A DNA stretch of 62,962 bases from positions 1-62,962 of the forward strand of contig JAQVHY010000001.1 of the NCBI GenBank assembly GCA_028695935.1, read 5' to 3'. The translations under genes and the position numbers were made by a program. This DNA comes from Desulfobacca sp. (lineage in GTDB: Bacteria > Desulfobacterota > Desulfobaccia > Desulfobaccales > Desulfobaccaceae). Within the stretch, counting starts at the first letter, position 1. Each line of letters begins with the position of its first letter. Below the pieces are notes generated by a model. The model worked only from the letters and a program-made list of their open reading frames with translations, had not been told where the DNA came from and did not search any database. Below are positions 34,736 to 44,469 of the stretch, piece by piece.

Positions 34736-36601
34736 CTATTGGGCATGAATCGCCTCGCACCATTGGGAACAGAAACCGCAGCCGGCACACAAGGCCGCAT
34801 CGATCACCATCCGGCCGCCCTCCGACGGCACTAAGCTGGGATGTAAGGCCGGGCAACCGAAATAATCCAGACAGTGACGGCAATCATGGCATTCCGGGCC
34901 CACATAAAAAGTCCTGGTCTTTTTATGACCAGTTAAACGCTGGACATAGAGCAGACAGGGCGCTCGGGAGATCAGCACCCGGACCCCTGATTGGCTTAAT
35001 AACTCCTTCACGGTTTGCAGGGTCGGGGCGTATTGCAGCGGATGCACCACTTTTACGGCATCCACGCCCAGGGCTTGTACCAGCTCCTTTAAATCAATGC
35101 GTTGTCCGTCATAACCGGGAGGCGCAGGTTTGACGCCGGGATGGGGCTGATGGCCGGTCATGGCGGTCGTGCCGTTGTCCAGGATTACCAGCAGAAAATT
35201 ATGACGATGGTGGACCGCATTGACCAGCGGCGGAATCCCGGCATGAAAAAAGGTGGAATCGCCGATAAAGGCGACTACCGGCTGGTCCGTGGCCCGCGAA
35301 ATGCCAGCCGCGGTGCCAATGCTGGCGCCCATACTGATCATGTAATCCGCCATGCCCAAAGGCGGTAACAGGCCCAGGGTATAACAGCCGATGTCGCTGG
35401 GGAATACCGCGTCCAGGCCCAATTCTTCCAGGGCAATCTTAATGGTGTAATACATGGCCTGATGGGGACAGCCAGGGCAGAGAGTGGGCGGCCGCTCCGG
35501 CACCGGGCAACCTAAAATCTGGGCCGGACCCAGGACTTCCGGGGGCTGATAGTCGATCCCGAAAAAGCGGGCTATCACTTGGCGGACAAGACGGGGATGG
35601 TACTCGTAGAGCCGGGAGAATAACTCCGGCGCCTTACCCTGGATGGGCAGAGTCAAGCCCTGGCTCTGGGCCACCGCCCGCAAGGCCTCTTCCAGGTAGG
35701 GTTCCAGTTCCTCCACTACCAGCACCTTTTCCACCTGGCCCAGGAAGGCGCCGATCAGTTCAGCCGGCAGGGGATGAGTGAAGCCCAGTTTTAGCATAGT
35801 GACCCGGTCCGCCAGACCCAGATCGGCTATGGCATCCTGGACATAATTCACGCTGACCCCGCTGGCCACTACCCCCCACGGCCCCTGGCCCTGTATGTCA
35901 TTAAATGGACACTGCTCCGCCTCCTGCGCGGCCAGGGCCTGCTGTTGCAGCAGCCGGGCATGGGCCCGGCGAGCGACCATGGGAACCAAAACCTGACGAA
36001 ACGGATCTTTCTGAAAATAGCCGTGGGGTTGCGGTGCCTTCAGACGGCCCAGGGTCACCACCCCGCGGGCATGGTTGATACGGGTGGTGGTCCGAAGAAT
36101 CACCGGCAGTTTCAGGGCTTCCGAAAGGGCAAAGGCATAGACCACCATGTCCTTGGCCTCCTGGGGACTGGCGGGCTCCAGCAGGGGCAGCCCTGACAGC
36201 CGCGCATAATAGCGGTTGTCCTGCTCATTCTGACTGGAAAACATGGCCGGGTCGTCAGCGGATACCAGTACCAACCCCCCTTTGACCCCGGCATAGGCCA
36301 GGGTGATCAGGGTGTCGGCGGCGACGTTGACGCCAACATGTTTCATGGCACACAGGGTTCGAAGCCCGGCCGCGGCCGCACCCATAGCAACTTCCAGCGC
36401 TACTTTCTCATTGACCGAATATTCAAAATAGAGCTCGGTTTCCCGAGCCACCTGGTAAAGTCGATCGCCGATTTCTGAGGCCGGGGTGCCGGGATAAGTT
36501 GTAGCCAGGCTCACTCCAGCCTCCAAGGCCCCCCGAGCCATGGCTTCATTGCCCAGCAACAGGCACTTATCACCCGGTTGACCGGCGAGCAAGAAATGCA
36601 T
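34736..36601 (-). CDS. iorA: Indolepyruvate:ferredoxin oxidoreductase subunit alpha (TPP- and 4Fe-4S-binding)
   Basis: LLGNEAMARGALEAGV...YPGTP.SEI, a TPP motif GDSTFFH.G, and C-terminal ferredoxin-like Cys clusters (CHDCRHC...CP; CAGCGFCSQWC). The ORF is 621 aa. Confidence 0.9.
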   Translation of the reverse strand: MHFLLAGQPGDKCLLLGNEAMARGALEAGVSLATTYPGTPASEIGDRLYQVARETELYFEYSVNEKVALEVAMGAAAAGLRTLCAMKHVGVNVAADTLITLAYAGVKGGLVLVSADDPAMFSSQNEQDNRYYARLSGLPLLEPASPQEAKDMVVYAFALSEALKLPVILRTTTRINHARGVVTLGRLKAPQPHGYFQKDPFRQVLVPMVARRAHARLLQQQALAAQEAEQCPFNDIQGQGPWGVVASGVSVNYVQDAIADLGLADRVTMLKLGFTHPLPAELIGAFLGQVEKVLVVEELEPYLEEALRAVAQSQGLTLPIQGKAPELFSRLYEYHPRLVRQVIARFFGIDYQPPEVLGPAQILGCPVPERPPTLCPGCPHQAMYYTIKIALEELGLDAVFPSDIGCYTLGLLPPLGMADYMISMGASIGTAAGISRATDQPVVAFIGDSTFFHAGIPPLVNAVHHRHNFLLVILDNGTTAMTGHQPHPGVKPAPPGYDGQRIDLKELVQALGVDAVKVVHPLQYAPTLQTVKELLSQSGVRVLISRAPCLLYVQRLTGHKKTRTFYVGPECHDCRHCLDYFGCPALHPSLVPSEGGRMVIDAALCAGCGFCSQWCEAIHAQ

Positions 36602-36750
36602 CTACTAACCTCTCTTTAAAACAATCGGAAATTATATATGATATACCGAACCGGCTTAAGGGACATCGCCTCTGGCCAACTCCACCGGCTGCATATCATA
36701 ATGTGATTGAATTTGCACCTAGAAAAGCAACCTGCCTGATGTCCAGAGCC

Positions 36751-36766
36751 TGCTTCCGAGGTGCCC
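36751..36766 (-). promoter_or_regulatory. Possible sigma-54 promoter GGGCAC-CTCGG-AAGCA upstream of iorA
   Basis: GG-N10-GC spacing is correct and the -24 half is good, but the -12 half is AAGCA rather than TTGCA. It lies ~150 nt upstream of the iorA ATG. Confidence 0.3.
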
Positions 36767-36901
36767 CGTTAAAGAAGATTAACCTTGCTCCTATTGGTTA
36801 GCCAAGCGATAATAATCATAATTGAAACTTAAACAATGATTTTTGAGGCTATAATAATCTTCTAAAGAGTCTTAAAAAGGCATGGCGGGGCGGGGATTAG
36901 G

Positions 36902-37675
36902 ATGATGGGGCTATCGGCTTGGGAACATTGGATTGAACGAACCTTTATCTTTTTTCCTAGTCGTCGCCTGGAGTGTACTCCTCAGCATCAGGGTCTGAAA
37001 TTTCAGGAATGCTTTTTTAATAACACCGACGGCTTACAACTCCACGGCTGGTATGTGCCGGCGGCCGCATCGGCACCGGTATTAATGTGGTGTCATGGCA
37101 ATGCCGGCAACATCAGTCATCGGGTAGAATATCTGGCTCGCGTGCACCAAGTCGGTTTGGGGGTGTTTGTCTTTGATTATCGGGGTTACGGCCTCAGTCA
37201 GGGATGCCCTAGCGAGGCCGGGGTTTACCAAGATGCCGGGGCCGCTTTCCAACACCTCTGCGGGCCTTTGGGAGTCTCGCCCTCCCAAATGGTGCTTCTT
37301 GGTCATTCGCTGGGCAGTGCCGTCGCCACCGAGCTGGCCACCAAGGTGTTCGTTCGAGCCTTGATTTTACAGTCGGCCTTTACCAACATCGCTGATATGG
37401 CCAGACACCACTATCCCTGGCTGCCGGGTAAGCGCTTGGTGGCCCACAAGTTTGATCTGGCCCGGCGGCTTCCGGCCTTAAAATTGCCCAAGCTCTTTAT
37501 TCATGGCCAGAAAGATAAAATTGTGCCCTTTTGGATGGGAGAACAGCTTTATAGACTTGCCCCGCCGCCCAAAGAATTTTATCCTATAGTGGAGGCCGGA
37601 CATCATGATATCTATCAACTCGGCGGCCGGAATTATTTTGATCGCCTGAAAAGCTTTGTCGAATTTAGTCTTTAA
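36902..37675 (+). CDS. Alpha/beta hydrolase (serine hydrolase)
   Basis: HGNAGN oxyanion region, nucleophile elbow GHSLGS, and a late HGQKD...GH pattern. The ORF is 257 aa. Confidence 0.8.
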   Translation: MMGLSAWEHWIERTFIFFPSRRLECTPQHQGLKFQECFFNNTDGLQLHGWYVPAAASAPVLMWCHGNAGNISHRVEYLARVHQVGLGVFVFDYRGYGLSQGCPSEAGVYQDAGAAFQHLCGPLGVSPSQMVLLGHSLGSAVATELATKVFVRALILQSAFTNIADMARHHYPWLPGKRLVAHKFDLARRLPALKLPKLFIHGQKDKIVPFWMGEQLYRLAPPPKEFYPIVEAGHHDIYQLGGRNYFDRLKSFVEFSL

Positions 37676-37774
37676 AAAATCCTTGCAAAAGCTGAGCGGG
37701 ATGTTTATAAAACATTGAATTTGGCCTGTTCTCGGCACCAAGATTGCGAACTAAGGAGAAAAAAGGAATTGAGA

Positions 37775-38185
37775 GTGATTGGGGAAATACGCTATAGCCG
37801 AGACCATCTTTGGGTCAGGATAGACGAGGACGGCTTTGCCACCATCGGCATCTCTGATTACTTACAGGAGCTATTGGGGGAAATTAGTGCCTTCAGTCTG
37901 CCTGATGAAGGTGAAGAGCTGGTCAAAGATGAGACTTTTAGTATCATCGAAACGCCAGAAGGCCGTCTAGAACTCGTGGCACCGATTTCCGGTGAGGTCA
38001 GCGAGGTCAATGAAGAGCTGCTCGAATCTCCTGAGCTCGCCAATGAGGAACCTTATAATGAGGGCTGGATTATCAGGATAGAAAATCTCCTGGAGTCAGA
38101 GTTTGACGAGCTGCTCACCCTGGAAGAATACGAAGAGTACCTGCAGGAAGAACTAGAAGAGGAAGAAGAATTAGACGAGGATTGA
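37775..38185 (+). CDS. Glycine-cleavage H-protein-like protein lacking the lipoyl-lysine, with poly-acidic C-terminal tail
   Basis: YSRDHLWVRIDEDGFATIGISDYLQELLGEI..FSLPDEGEEL...IETPEGRLELVAPISGEVSEVNEEL...P.L.NEEPYNEGWIIRIE follows the GcvH fold pattern. The E-S-V-K-A lipoylation site reads E-T-P-E-G. I chose the GTG at 37775; the ORF track starts at 37715. Confidence 0.65.
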   Translation: MIGEIRYSRDHLWVRIDEDGFATIGISDYLQELLGEISAFSLPDEGEELVKDETFSIIETPEGRLELVAPISGEVSEVNEELLESPELANEEPYNEGWIIRIENLLESEFDELLTLEEYEEYLQEELEEEEELDED

Positions 38186-38315
38186 TATTGCCTCATGCTT
38201 CTAAACCTTTATTCACCTGGGTACCTTGCGATGTAATCACAACTAATTGATTATTATGTAATGCTGCTTACTATAAATTAACCATGATTATCCTGCCCTT
38301 TTTAATCCTTAGATT

Positions 38316-39668
38316 GTGACCGCCGACCAATCTCCGCAAAATTTGCTCCAGAAGTGGTGGAGCAATTTATCCTCCATCCGGCTGGCCCTGATCCTGTTAT
38401 TGCTGCTGGCCGGGGCCTCCCTGATCGGCACGCTCTTGCCCCAGGGAGAAAAATATGCTTTTTATCTCAGTCGCTTTGGCCCGCGGCTGGGGAAATTGAT
38501 CTGGTGGCTGGGACTGGGCACGGTTTATCAGAGTCCCTGGTTTTTAGCCCTGCTCGGCCTGTTGCTGGTCAATCTGATCGTCTGTTCCAGCCGTCGTCTG
38601 CCCGATACCCTGCGGCGGGTTAAGCAGCCCCTCCAGTTGGACCGATATCAAAATTTGCCCGCCCGCCTTGAGGTTCATTGGCCAGCCGAGCCGACCGACC
38701 CCCGACCCCGGTTGGAAAGCTGTCTGCGCCAGGTTTTGGGACCAATTAAGGTTCATCCCGAGGGGGAAACCCACTGGTATCTGAGTCTGCGCGGGCGTCG
38801 GGGCTATTTGGGACCCTACCTGATCCACCTGAGCATCGTTTTAATTATCCTGGGCGGCCTGATCGGCATGATTTGGGGTTTTCAGGGACACGTGCTGATT
38901 GCCGAAGGCGACGCCGTAAACCATCTGGACCTGCCGGGGCACCAAGAGAGCCGACCATTAGATTTTTCAGTGCAGCTTAACAAATTTCAGGTATTGTCTT
39001 ATCCCGACGGCACGCCCCGGGAATATCGCTCCGACCTCAGTTTTATCCAAGCCGGTCAAGAGATCTTTAAAGGTATCAGTCGGGTTAATGAACCCTTAAA
39101 ATTCGGCGGGTTGACTTTCTATCAGGCCAGCTACCAGACCGTGCCGGCCGGTCCGATCCGCTTAAATGTCTGTCATGGCAATCTTTGCACCCCGATGGAG
39201 GTCCCCTGGCGCACCAAGGTAGATCTGCCCGGTGGCGAGGCTTCGGTGATGATCTTGCGGATTGAGAAAGATTTCCAGGGATTAGGCCCGGCCTTGCTCA
39301 TGGCCTACAAAAATGGTCCGGGGCATCCGGCGATTTTTTGGGTAGTGCAGAACCCTCCGGAAGACATGGAGGATCAACCGGGGCCGCACCGCTTTACCCT
39401 GGCCGAGATGCGCACCCGCTATGCCTCGGGGTTAATGGTGAAAAAAGATCCCGGGGTCTGGTGGGCTTATGCCGGGTTTATTCTATTGTTGCCCGGCTTC
39501 TGGTTAGCCTTCTTCACCCCCCGACAGCGCTGGGCGGTGGCTCTACAGCCGGACTCCCCAGGCGGTTGGCGCATCCAGGTGAATGGCAGCGGGGTCCGCC
39601 ATCAGGAAGCCTTCCAGCGCCGATTAACCCGGCTCCAGAGCCGACTGGAAAAAGGAGCGGGGCCATGA
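38316..39668 (+). CDS. resB: Cytochrome c biogenesis protein ResB/CcsB (system II)
   Basis: SSIRLALILLLLLAGASLIGTLLPQG N-terminal TM segment, a large periplasmic domain and a C-terminal TM segment. Its stop overlaps the ccsA start (ATGA). GTG start with a weak SD. Confidence 0.8.
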   Translation: MTADQSPQNLLQKWWSNLSSIRLALILLLLLAGASLIGTLLPQGEKYAFYLSRFGPRLGKLIWWLGLGTVYQSPWFLALLGLLLVNLIVCSSRRLPDTLRRVKQPLQLDRYQNLPARLEVHWPAEPTDPRPRLESCLRQVLGPIKVHPEGETHWYLSLRGRRGYLGPYLIHLSIVLIILGGLIGMIWGFQGHVLIAEGDAVNHLDLPGHQESRPLDFSVQLNKFQVLSYPDGTPREYRSDLSFIQAGQEIFKGISRVNEPLKFGGLTFYQASYQTVPAGPIRLNVCHGNLCTPMEVPWRTKVDLPGGEASVMILRIEKDFQGLGPALLMAYKNGPGHPAIFWVVQNPPEDMEDQPGPHRFTLAEMRTRYASGLMVKKDPGVWWAYAGFILLLPGFWLAFFTPRQRWAVALQPDSPGGWRIQVNGSGVRHQEAFQRRLTRLQSRLEKGAGP

Positions 39669-40498
39669 GCGCTCATCTCTTGGGACTGGTAACCATAATC
39701 TATTTTGCTGCGGCGCTGTTTTTGCTGATCGGCGCGATCTTCCACCGTCCCCGTCTGGAGGGACTGGCCCGCGGCGCCCTGGTCCTGGGCTGGGGCGGTC
39801 ATACCGGGGCCTTGCTCTACCGCTGGATCGAGTCTTATCAACTGGGGATCGGCCATGCCCCCTTGTCCAATTTTTACGAATCCTTGATCTTCTGCTCCTG
39901 GTCCCTGGTATGCATTGCCTGTCTGGTTTTTTGGCGGCAGATCAGATCTTACCTGGGGGCCTTGATCGCCACCCTGGCCTTCCTGCTGCTGGCCTATGCC
40001 TCGTTGGGCGGCATCGACAGCCAGATTACCCCGCTGATCCCCGCCCTGAGAAGCAACTGGCTGGAAATTCACGTCATCACCTGTTTCCTAAGTTACGCCG
40101 CCTTTGCCCTGGGTTTTGGCGCGGCCTTGCTCTACCTGATCCGGACCCGGCAATCCCGACCCCACAGTTGCAAAGGTGATCCGCTCCCGCCGCCGGCGGA
40201 ATTAGACCGCCTGATCTATCGGACCATCATGATCGGGTTTTTTATGCTCACCCTGGGCATCCTCACTGGCGCAGTCTGGGCCGAAGCGGCCTGGGGCAGC
40301 TACTGGAGCTGGGATCCCAAGGAAACCTGGTCGCTGATCACCTGGCTGATCTACGCCGCCCTGCTCCATGCCCGCCTGGTCAGAGGCTGGCAAGGCAAAC
40401 GCATCGCCCTCCTGGCAGTAGTGGGCTTCCTGGCGGTGTTATTCACCTATTTCGGGGTAAGCTTTCTGCTCCCTGGCCTGCATGCCTATCTGACCTGA
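39665..40498 (+). CDS. ccsA: Cytochrome c biogenesis protein CcsA/ResC (system II heme handling)
   Basis: The WWD-type heme-binding motif WGSYWSWDPKETW is present with multiple TM segments. ATG at 39665 is coupled to the resB stop. The longer track ORF from 39338 overlaps resB and was rejected. Confidence 0.88.
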   Translation: MSAHLLGLVTIIYFAAALFLLIGAIFHRPRLEGLARGALVLGWGGHTGALLYRWIESYQLGIGHAPLSNFYESLIFCSWSLVCIACLVFWRQIRSYLGALIATLAFLLLAYASLGGIDSQITPLIPALRSNWLEIHVITCFLSYAAFALGFGAALLYLIRTRQSRPHSCKGDPLPPPAELDRLIYRTIMIGFFMLTLGILTGAVWAEAAWGSYWSWDPKETWSLITWLIYAALLHARLVRGWQGKRIALLAVVGFLAVLFTYFGVSFLLPGLHAYLT

Positions 40499-40547
40499 AG
40501 ACCGTTTATGGTTCCCAAGATTTAAAATAGTGTCCATTCGGAAACCA

Positions 40548-40678
40548 TTATTCCCCTCGCCCTTTATGGGAGAGCGTAAGGGTGAGGGTGAAAATTTCAT
40601 ATAATCTCAATATATTGAAATTTAAGCCCCCTCCCCCCAACCCCCTCCCACCAGGGGCGGGGGAGTTTTCGGATGGAA
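40548..40678 (-). repeat. G/C-run interspersed element, copy 2 (full length, reverse orientation)
   Basis: The reverse complement ...CCGAAAACTCCCCCGCCCCTGGTGGGAGGGGGTTGGGGGGAGGGGGCTTAAATTTCAATATATTGAGATTATATGAAATTTTCACCCTCACCCTTACGCTCTCCCATAAAGGGCGAGGGGAA matches copy 1. Confidence 0.85.
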
Positions 40679-40698
40679 AGCAGGCAGCCTTTTGACCT

Positions 40699-41403
40699 TT
40701 AGGGCACTTCGCCTTCTTCCCAATGGATTTCTTGTAACCAATTCAACTCTGACAACTGTTTGACAATTTGTCCCCAGGGTATATCTTCTTTGCTCTGCAA
40801 GCGCAGACGATAGGTCACCGAGTCAGTGGTCAGCTCCGCGGTATAGTTAACGAAATTGATCAGGACCTGATATGCGGACAGAATTTCCTTTATCTGATTA
40901 AGTGGTTTCGCCATGCGGCCAAATTTTAAGGTTAGCAGGGTATGCTCTTCGTGGGGTAGAATGGATTTGATCTGACGGAATCCGAACAGGACAATTAAGC
41001 TAATAAAGGTACAAAATACCGCGGGCATCAGATATCCGGCGCCAATGGTCAGGCCGAGGCCGGTAACCAACCAGAGACCCGCGGCGGTGGTTAACCCCCG
41101 CACTGAACCGCGGCCGGTAATGATGGCTCCGGCTCCCAGAAAACCCATGCTGGCGATGGCATACGAGGCAATCCGGGCCGGATCCAGACGCACTACCGAG
41201 TTATGCTCCATCAGATGTCGGTAAAGTTCTTCCATATGCAACGAGAGCATCATCATCAGGCAGGAGCCGACACAGACCAAAATATTGGTTCTCAGCCCGG
41301 CGGCTTGCCCGTGCGACTCCCGTTCAAAGCCGATGCAGCCGCCGATCAACGCGGCCAGCAGTAATTTCTCAAGTTCCCAAAGCAGTTGTGACCATTCCCC
41401 CAT
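40699..41403 (-). CDS. MgtC/SapB family membrane protein
   Basis: GFERESHGQAAGLRTNILVCVGS and four to five TM segments, plus a C-terminal soluble domain. Confidence 0.8.
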   Translation of the reverse strand: MGEWSQLLWELEKLLLAALIGGCIGFERESHGQAAGLRTNILVCVGSCLMMMLSLHMEELYRHLMEHNSVVRLDPARIASYAIASMGFLGAGAIITGRGSVRGLTTAAGLWLVTGLGLTIGAGYLMPAVFCTFISLIVLFGFRQIKSILPHEEHTLLTLKFGRMAKPLNQIKEILSAYQVLINFVNYTAELTTDSVTYRLRLQSKEDIPWGQIVKQLSELNWLQEIHWEEGEVP

Positions 41404-41426
41404 GGTTAAACCCTCTCATTAAAGCA

Positions 41427-42329
41427 TTAGCCCTCGATTTGTAAACTTCCGGTTGAGGCCGCAACTACGGCCCAGGCCCCGATGGGCAGGGTATGATTAT
41501 CCGGCTGATGGCCCACCGGCAAACCGGCTAACACCGGAATCTGAAAAGGTGCCAGGACCGCGCCAAAGATTTCTAACAGCGGCTCTACGGGACCGCAGCG
41601 AGTAAAACTCCCCAACACTACCGCGGCCACCTCCTGCAACAGGCCGGACAGCCTCAGGTGATGCAACAAACGGTCGATCCGGTAGCAGGCCTCATTGTGG
41701 TCTTCCAGGAACAGCACATGCCCGGCGAGTTGAGGCGCAAACGGCGTGCCGATCAGGTGGCATAAGGTGGTCAGATTGCCGCCCACCAACGGCCCCTGGG
41801 CCTGACCCGAACATAAAACCGTCAGCCCGGTAAACTGCCGGTTTAAAGGCCCTTTAGCGGTCAGCGCGGCCCGCAGGCTGGCCCGGGCCGCGGGGGTCAC
41901 TTCTCCCAGATGCGCCACGGTAGGGCCGTGAAAGGTCACCATATTCAGACGCTGATAAAAGGTGCACAGCAGGGTGGTCACATCGCTGAAGCCGATAAAC
42001 CGCTTGGGGTGGGCGGCCAGCGCCGGGTAATCCAAATATTCCAAGACCTTCAACGATCCATAGCCGCCCCGGGCGCACAGCACCCCTTTAACTTCCGGGT
42101 CGGCCAGGAGCTGAGCCAGAAGGCGGCTGCGCTCCTGGTCGGCATGGGGCTCATAGGGCCGTTCTTGAAAAATCTCCTCTCCATAGCGTACCCGGAAGCC
42201 CCACTCTTGCAGCCAGCGGACCCCGGCCCGAAACGGCTCCGGGGCCACCGGGCTGGCCGGGGCCACCACTGCCAGTACATCTCCGGGCTGCAGCGCCGGC
42301 GGCCAATCGATCGATAGGGCTGAATTCAT
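41427..42329 (-). CDS. ldcA: LD-carboxypeptidase (peptidase S66, muramoyltetrapeptide carboxypeptidase-like)
   Basis: GD.L.VVAP.S, RGGYGS, the nucleophile motif GFSDVTTL and a late E/H pattern (FLEDHNE..YRIDR.L). The ORF is 300 aa. Confidence 0.8.
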   Translation of the reverse strand: MNSALSIDWPPALQPGDVLAVVAPASPVAPEPFRAGVRWLQEWGFRVRYGEEIFQERPYEPHADQERSRLLAQLLADPEVKGVLCARGGYGSLKVLEYLDYPALAAHPKRFIGFSDVTTLLCTFYQRLNMVTFHGPTVAHLGEVTPAARASLRAALTAKGPLNRQFTGLTVLCSGQAQGPLVGGNLTTLCHLIGTPFAPQLAGHVLFLEDHNEACYRIDRLLHHLRLSGLLQEVAAVVLGSFTRCGPVEPLLEIFGAVLAPFQIPVLAGLPVGHQPDNHTLPIGAWAVVAASTGSLQIEG

Positions 42330-42584
42330 TGCCAGATCTGGTAAATCTCACCTTCGGGTTAATTGTTGATTAAGTGTTCAGTTGCCAGTTGCCAGTTAAA
42401 AATAGATATTTATCCGTTAAAGGGCTATAATTGCCCCCCGCCAGGTCTTAGATATAACCCTTAAAATTTGCTTATCTTACTGATCACTAATAACTGACCA
42501 CTGACCACTTAAATTTTTTGTTCCAGTCTCCTTGCCCTCTAATGTTATTATAAGGCCATCCGCCAGAAAAATCATGGGGAAAAC

Positions 42585-44102
42585 ATGGATTCGGCTGCAC
42601 CCCTGAAAACCTCCCGGCTGCTGCCCGTGCTCGGGTTAATTTTGGCCCTGGGCCTGTTTTTGCGGTGCTACGGCCTGGGCGAGCGCAATCTGTGGACCGA
42701 CGAGGCCTGGGTGGCCCTGGCCGCCCTGGAGGAGCATCCCGCCCAGGTCCTTCAGGAAGGCCAATCCACCCCGCCGCTTTATCTCTGGTGCGTCTGGGCC
42801 ATGGTCCGACTGGGCGGCCCGAGCGAAGCCCGGCTGCGCCTGACCTCCTGCCTGTTCGGTGTAGGCACGCTTATACTGATTTGGCCGCTGGCCCGGCGAC
42901 TGCTCTCTCCGGGAGCCGCACTGCTGGCCCTGGCCCTGGTGGCCATATCCCCCCGTCTGGTCTATTATTCTAAAGAACTTAAGCAGTACAGCGCCGATGC
43001 CTTTTTTGCGGTACTGGCCCTGATATTGGTGGAGCGATTGTTGCGAACCCAGGGAGAGCGGGGCTGGCTGGCCTTTACCCTGGCCATGATTTTAGGGCTG
43101 GGTTTTTCTCACCCGCTGATTTTTGTCCTCCCGGTAGCCGCAGCAGTGCTATGGTGGGAGCTACCCGCGGCGCGGGGGCGCGTAGCCTTAAGCTTTGGCA
43201 CCCTAGCCCTGGCCTTCCTGGGTTATTATCTGCTGTTTTTCCGTTATCAGGTTGATCCGGAGTTGGTAACCTACTGGCAGCGGGATTTTCCTGATCTCGC
43301 CAGCCTGCCGGCCTTTCTCCAGTGGCTGGCCGGATCGTGGGCCCGTTATTTGGGCTATTTTTTGGGGGATTGGCCCCGGTGGCTGGTCGGTTTGGGCTTT
43401 TTGGGTCTGGGATTGTATAAGCTGGGGCGCGGCCCCCAGCCGCGGGCGGTCCTCTATTGGCTGGGGCCACTGGTCCTGGCCCTGGGCGCGGCCTTTCTGC
43501 ATCGCTATCCCTTTATGGCCCAGGCGGGCGGGGTGCGCCTGATGCTTTTTAGTGCGCCGCTGCTCTATTTGGTAGTAGGAGCGGGAGTCATGGCGGTAGC
43601 CGCCAGGGTCTGGGAGCAGAAACAGATGTGGCTCAAAGTGGCCCTGGTGGCCGGGCTGCTAATCTGGATTAACCCCTGGACTACCTGGCCGGAAAACCTC
43701 CATCCACAGGCCAACCGGGAGCAAATTCACCCCCTGGTGGACTATCTGGAAGCCCATCTGGAGCCGGGGGAAGTGGTTTATGTCTATTATTTTGCCATTT
43801 ATCCCTTTAAATTTTATTATCAGGGAGCGCAGGATCAGGTGATTTGGGGGCAATCCTGTCAGGACTGCAACCTTACCTGGCCTCCCGGCCGGAAGTCGCC
43901 GCCGCCGCGATTATGGTTAATATTTTCCCATTTTGAGGACCAGCGTTGGATCGAACAGTTCAGTCAGCGACTGCTGGGAGACGGTTGGCACCAGGTTCTC
44001 AACCTGTCCCGTCCGGGGGCCGCGCTTTGGTGTTTTGTCCCCCGAACTCGGCCCGCCATTACTGGTCAGCTTAACGTAGTCCCTAACCCAGGGCCTTCCT
44101 GA
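42585..44102 (+). CDS. Glycosyltransferase family 39 (ArnT/PMT-like) polytopic membrane protein
   Basis: An N-terminal TM segment is followed by LWTDEAW (the DE motif of GT-C/GT39). About 10 TM segments follow, then a C-terminal soluble domain. Confidence 0.72.
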   Translation: MDSAAPLKTSRLLPVLGLILALGLFLRCYGLGERNLWTDEAWVALAALEEHPAQVLQEGQSTPPLYLWCVWAMVRLGGPSEARLRLTSCLFGVGTLILIWPLARRLLSPGAALLALALVAISPRLVYYSKELKQYSADAFFAVLALILVERLLRTQGERGWLAFTLAMILGLGFSHPLIFVLPVAAAVLWWELPAARGRVALSFGTLALAFLGYYLLFFRYQVDPELVTYWQRDFPDLASLPAFLQWLAGSWARYLGYFLGDWPRWLVGLGFLGLGLYKLGRGPQPRAVLYWLGPLVLALGAAFLHRYPFMAQAGGVRLMLFSAPLLYLVVGAGVMAVAARVWEQKQMWLKVALVAGLLIWINPWTTWPENLHPQANREQIHPLVDYLEAHLEPGEVVYVYYFAIYPFKFYYQGAQDQVIWGQSCQDCNLTWPPGRKSPPPRLWLIFSHFEDQRWIEQFSQRLLGDGWHQVLNLSRPGAALWCFVPRTRPAITGQLNVVPNPGPS

Positions 44103-44469
44103 TCCGCTCTTCTAACTCCTTGATTCGATAAGGTTTATCTATCAATCCACTGGCTCCTGCGGCCTGAAGCTGATCTATCTCCTCTTGGCCAAAGAACCCG
44201 GAAGCCATGATAACTTTAGCCTGGGGATCAAATTGCCGCAGTTGTTGCAAGACCTGGCCCCCGTCCTGACGTGGTAGTAGATAATCTAAGATAACCAAGT
44301 CGATGGGGGGATTTTTGGCTTTATAAAGGTGTAAGGCCTGGTCGCCGTCAGCGGCCACCAGCACCTGATACCCCAGGTGTTCCAGGAGTTCCTGGCCCAG
44401 ACTGAGGACTTGGGGATCATCGTCCACCAGCAAGATCGTAATTTGCTGGTCAGCCATCCGTAGCTGCAT
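44083..44469 (-). CDS. Stand-alone response-regulator receiver domain (CheY-like)
   Basis: ILLVDDD, phospho-acceptor context LVILDYLLP, then MASG and DKPY. The ORF is 128 aa. Its start overlaps the radical SAM gene by 20 nt. Confidence 0.88.
   Translation of the reverse strand: MQLRMADQQITILLVDDDPQVLSLGQELLEHLGYQVLVAADGDQALHLYKAKNPPIDLVILDYLLPRQDGGQVLQQLRQFDPQAKVIMASGFFGQEEIDQLQAAGASGLIDKPYRIKELEERIRKALG

Noticed and set aside
34600-35133. 177-aa + strand ORF
   Set aside because: It starts inside the G/C-run repeat (giving a GGGG... translation) and then runs antisense to iorA. Its low-complexity Arg/Pro/Gly composition is typical of spurious frames in GC-rich DNA.
39338-39664. N-terminal extension of the ccsA ORF (track ORF 39338..40498, 386 aa)
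   Set aside because: The extension overlaps the resB 3' end in another frame and is Gly/Arg/Pro-rich with no membrane character. The ATG at 39665, coupled to the resB stop (ATGA), gives a normal CcsA N-terminus.
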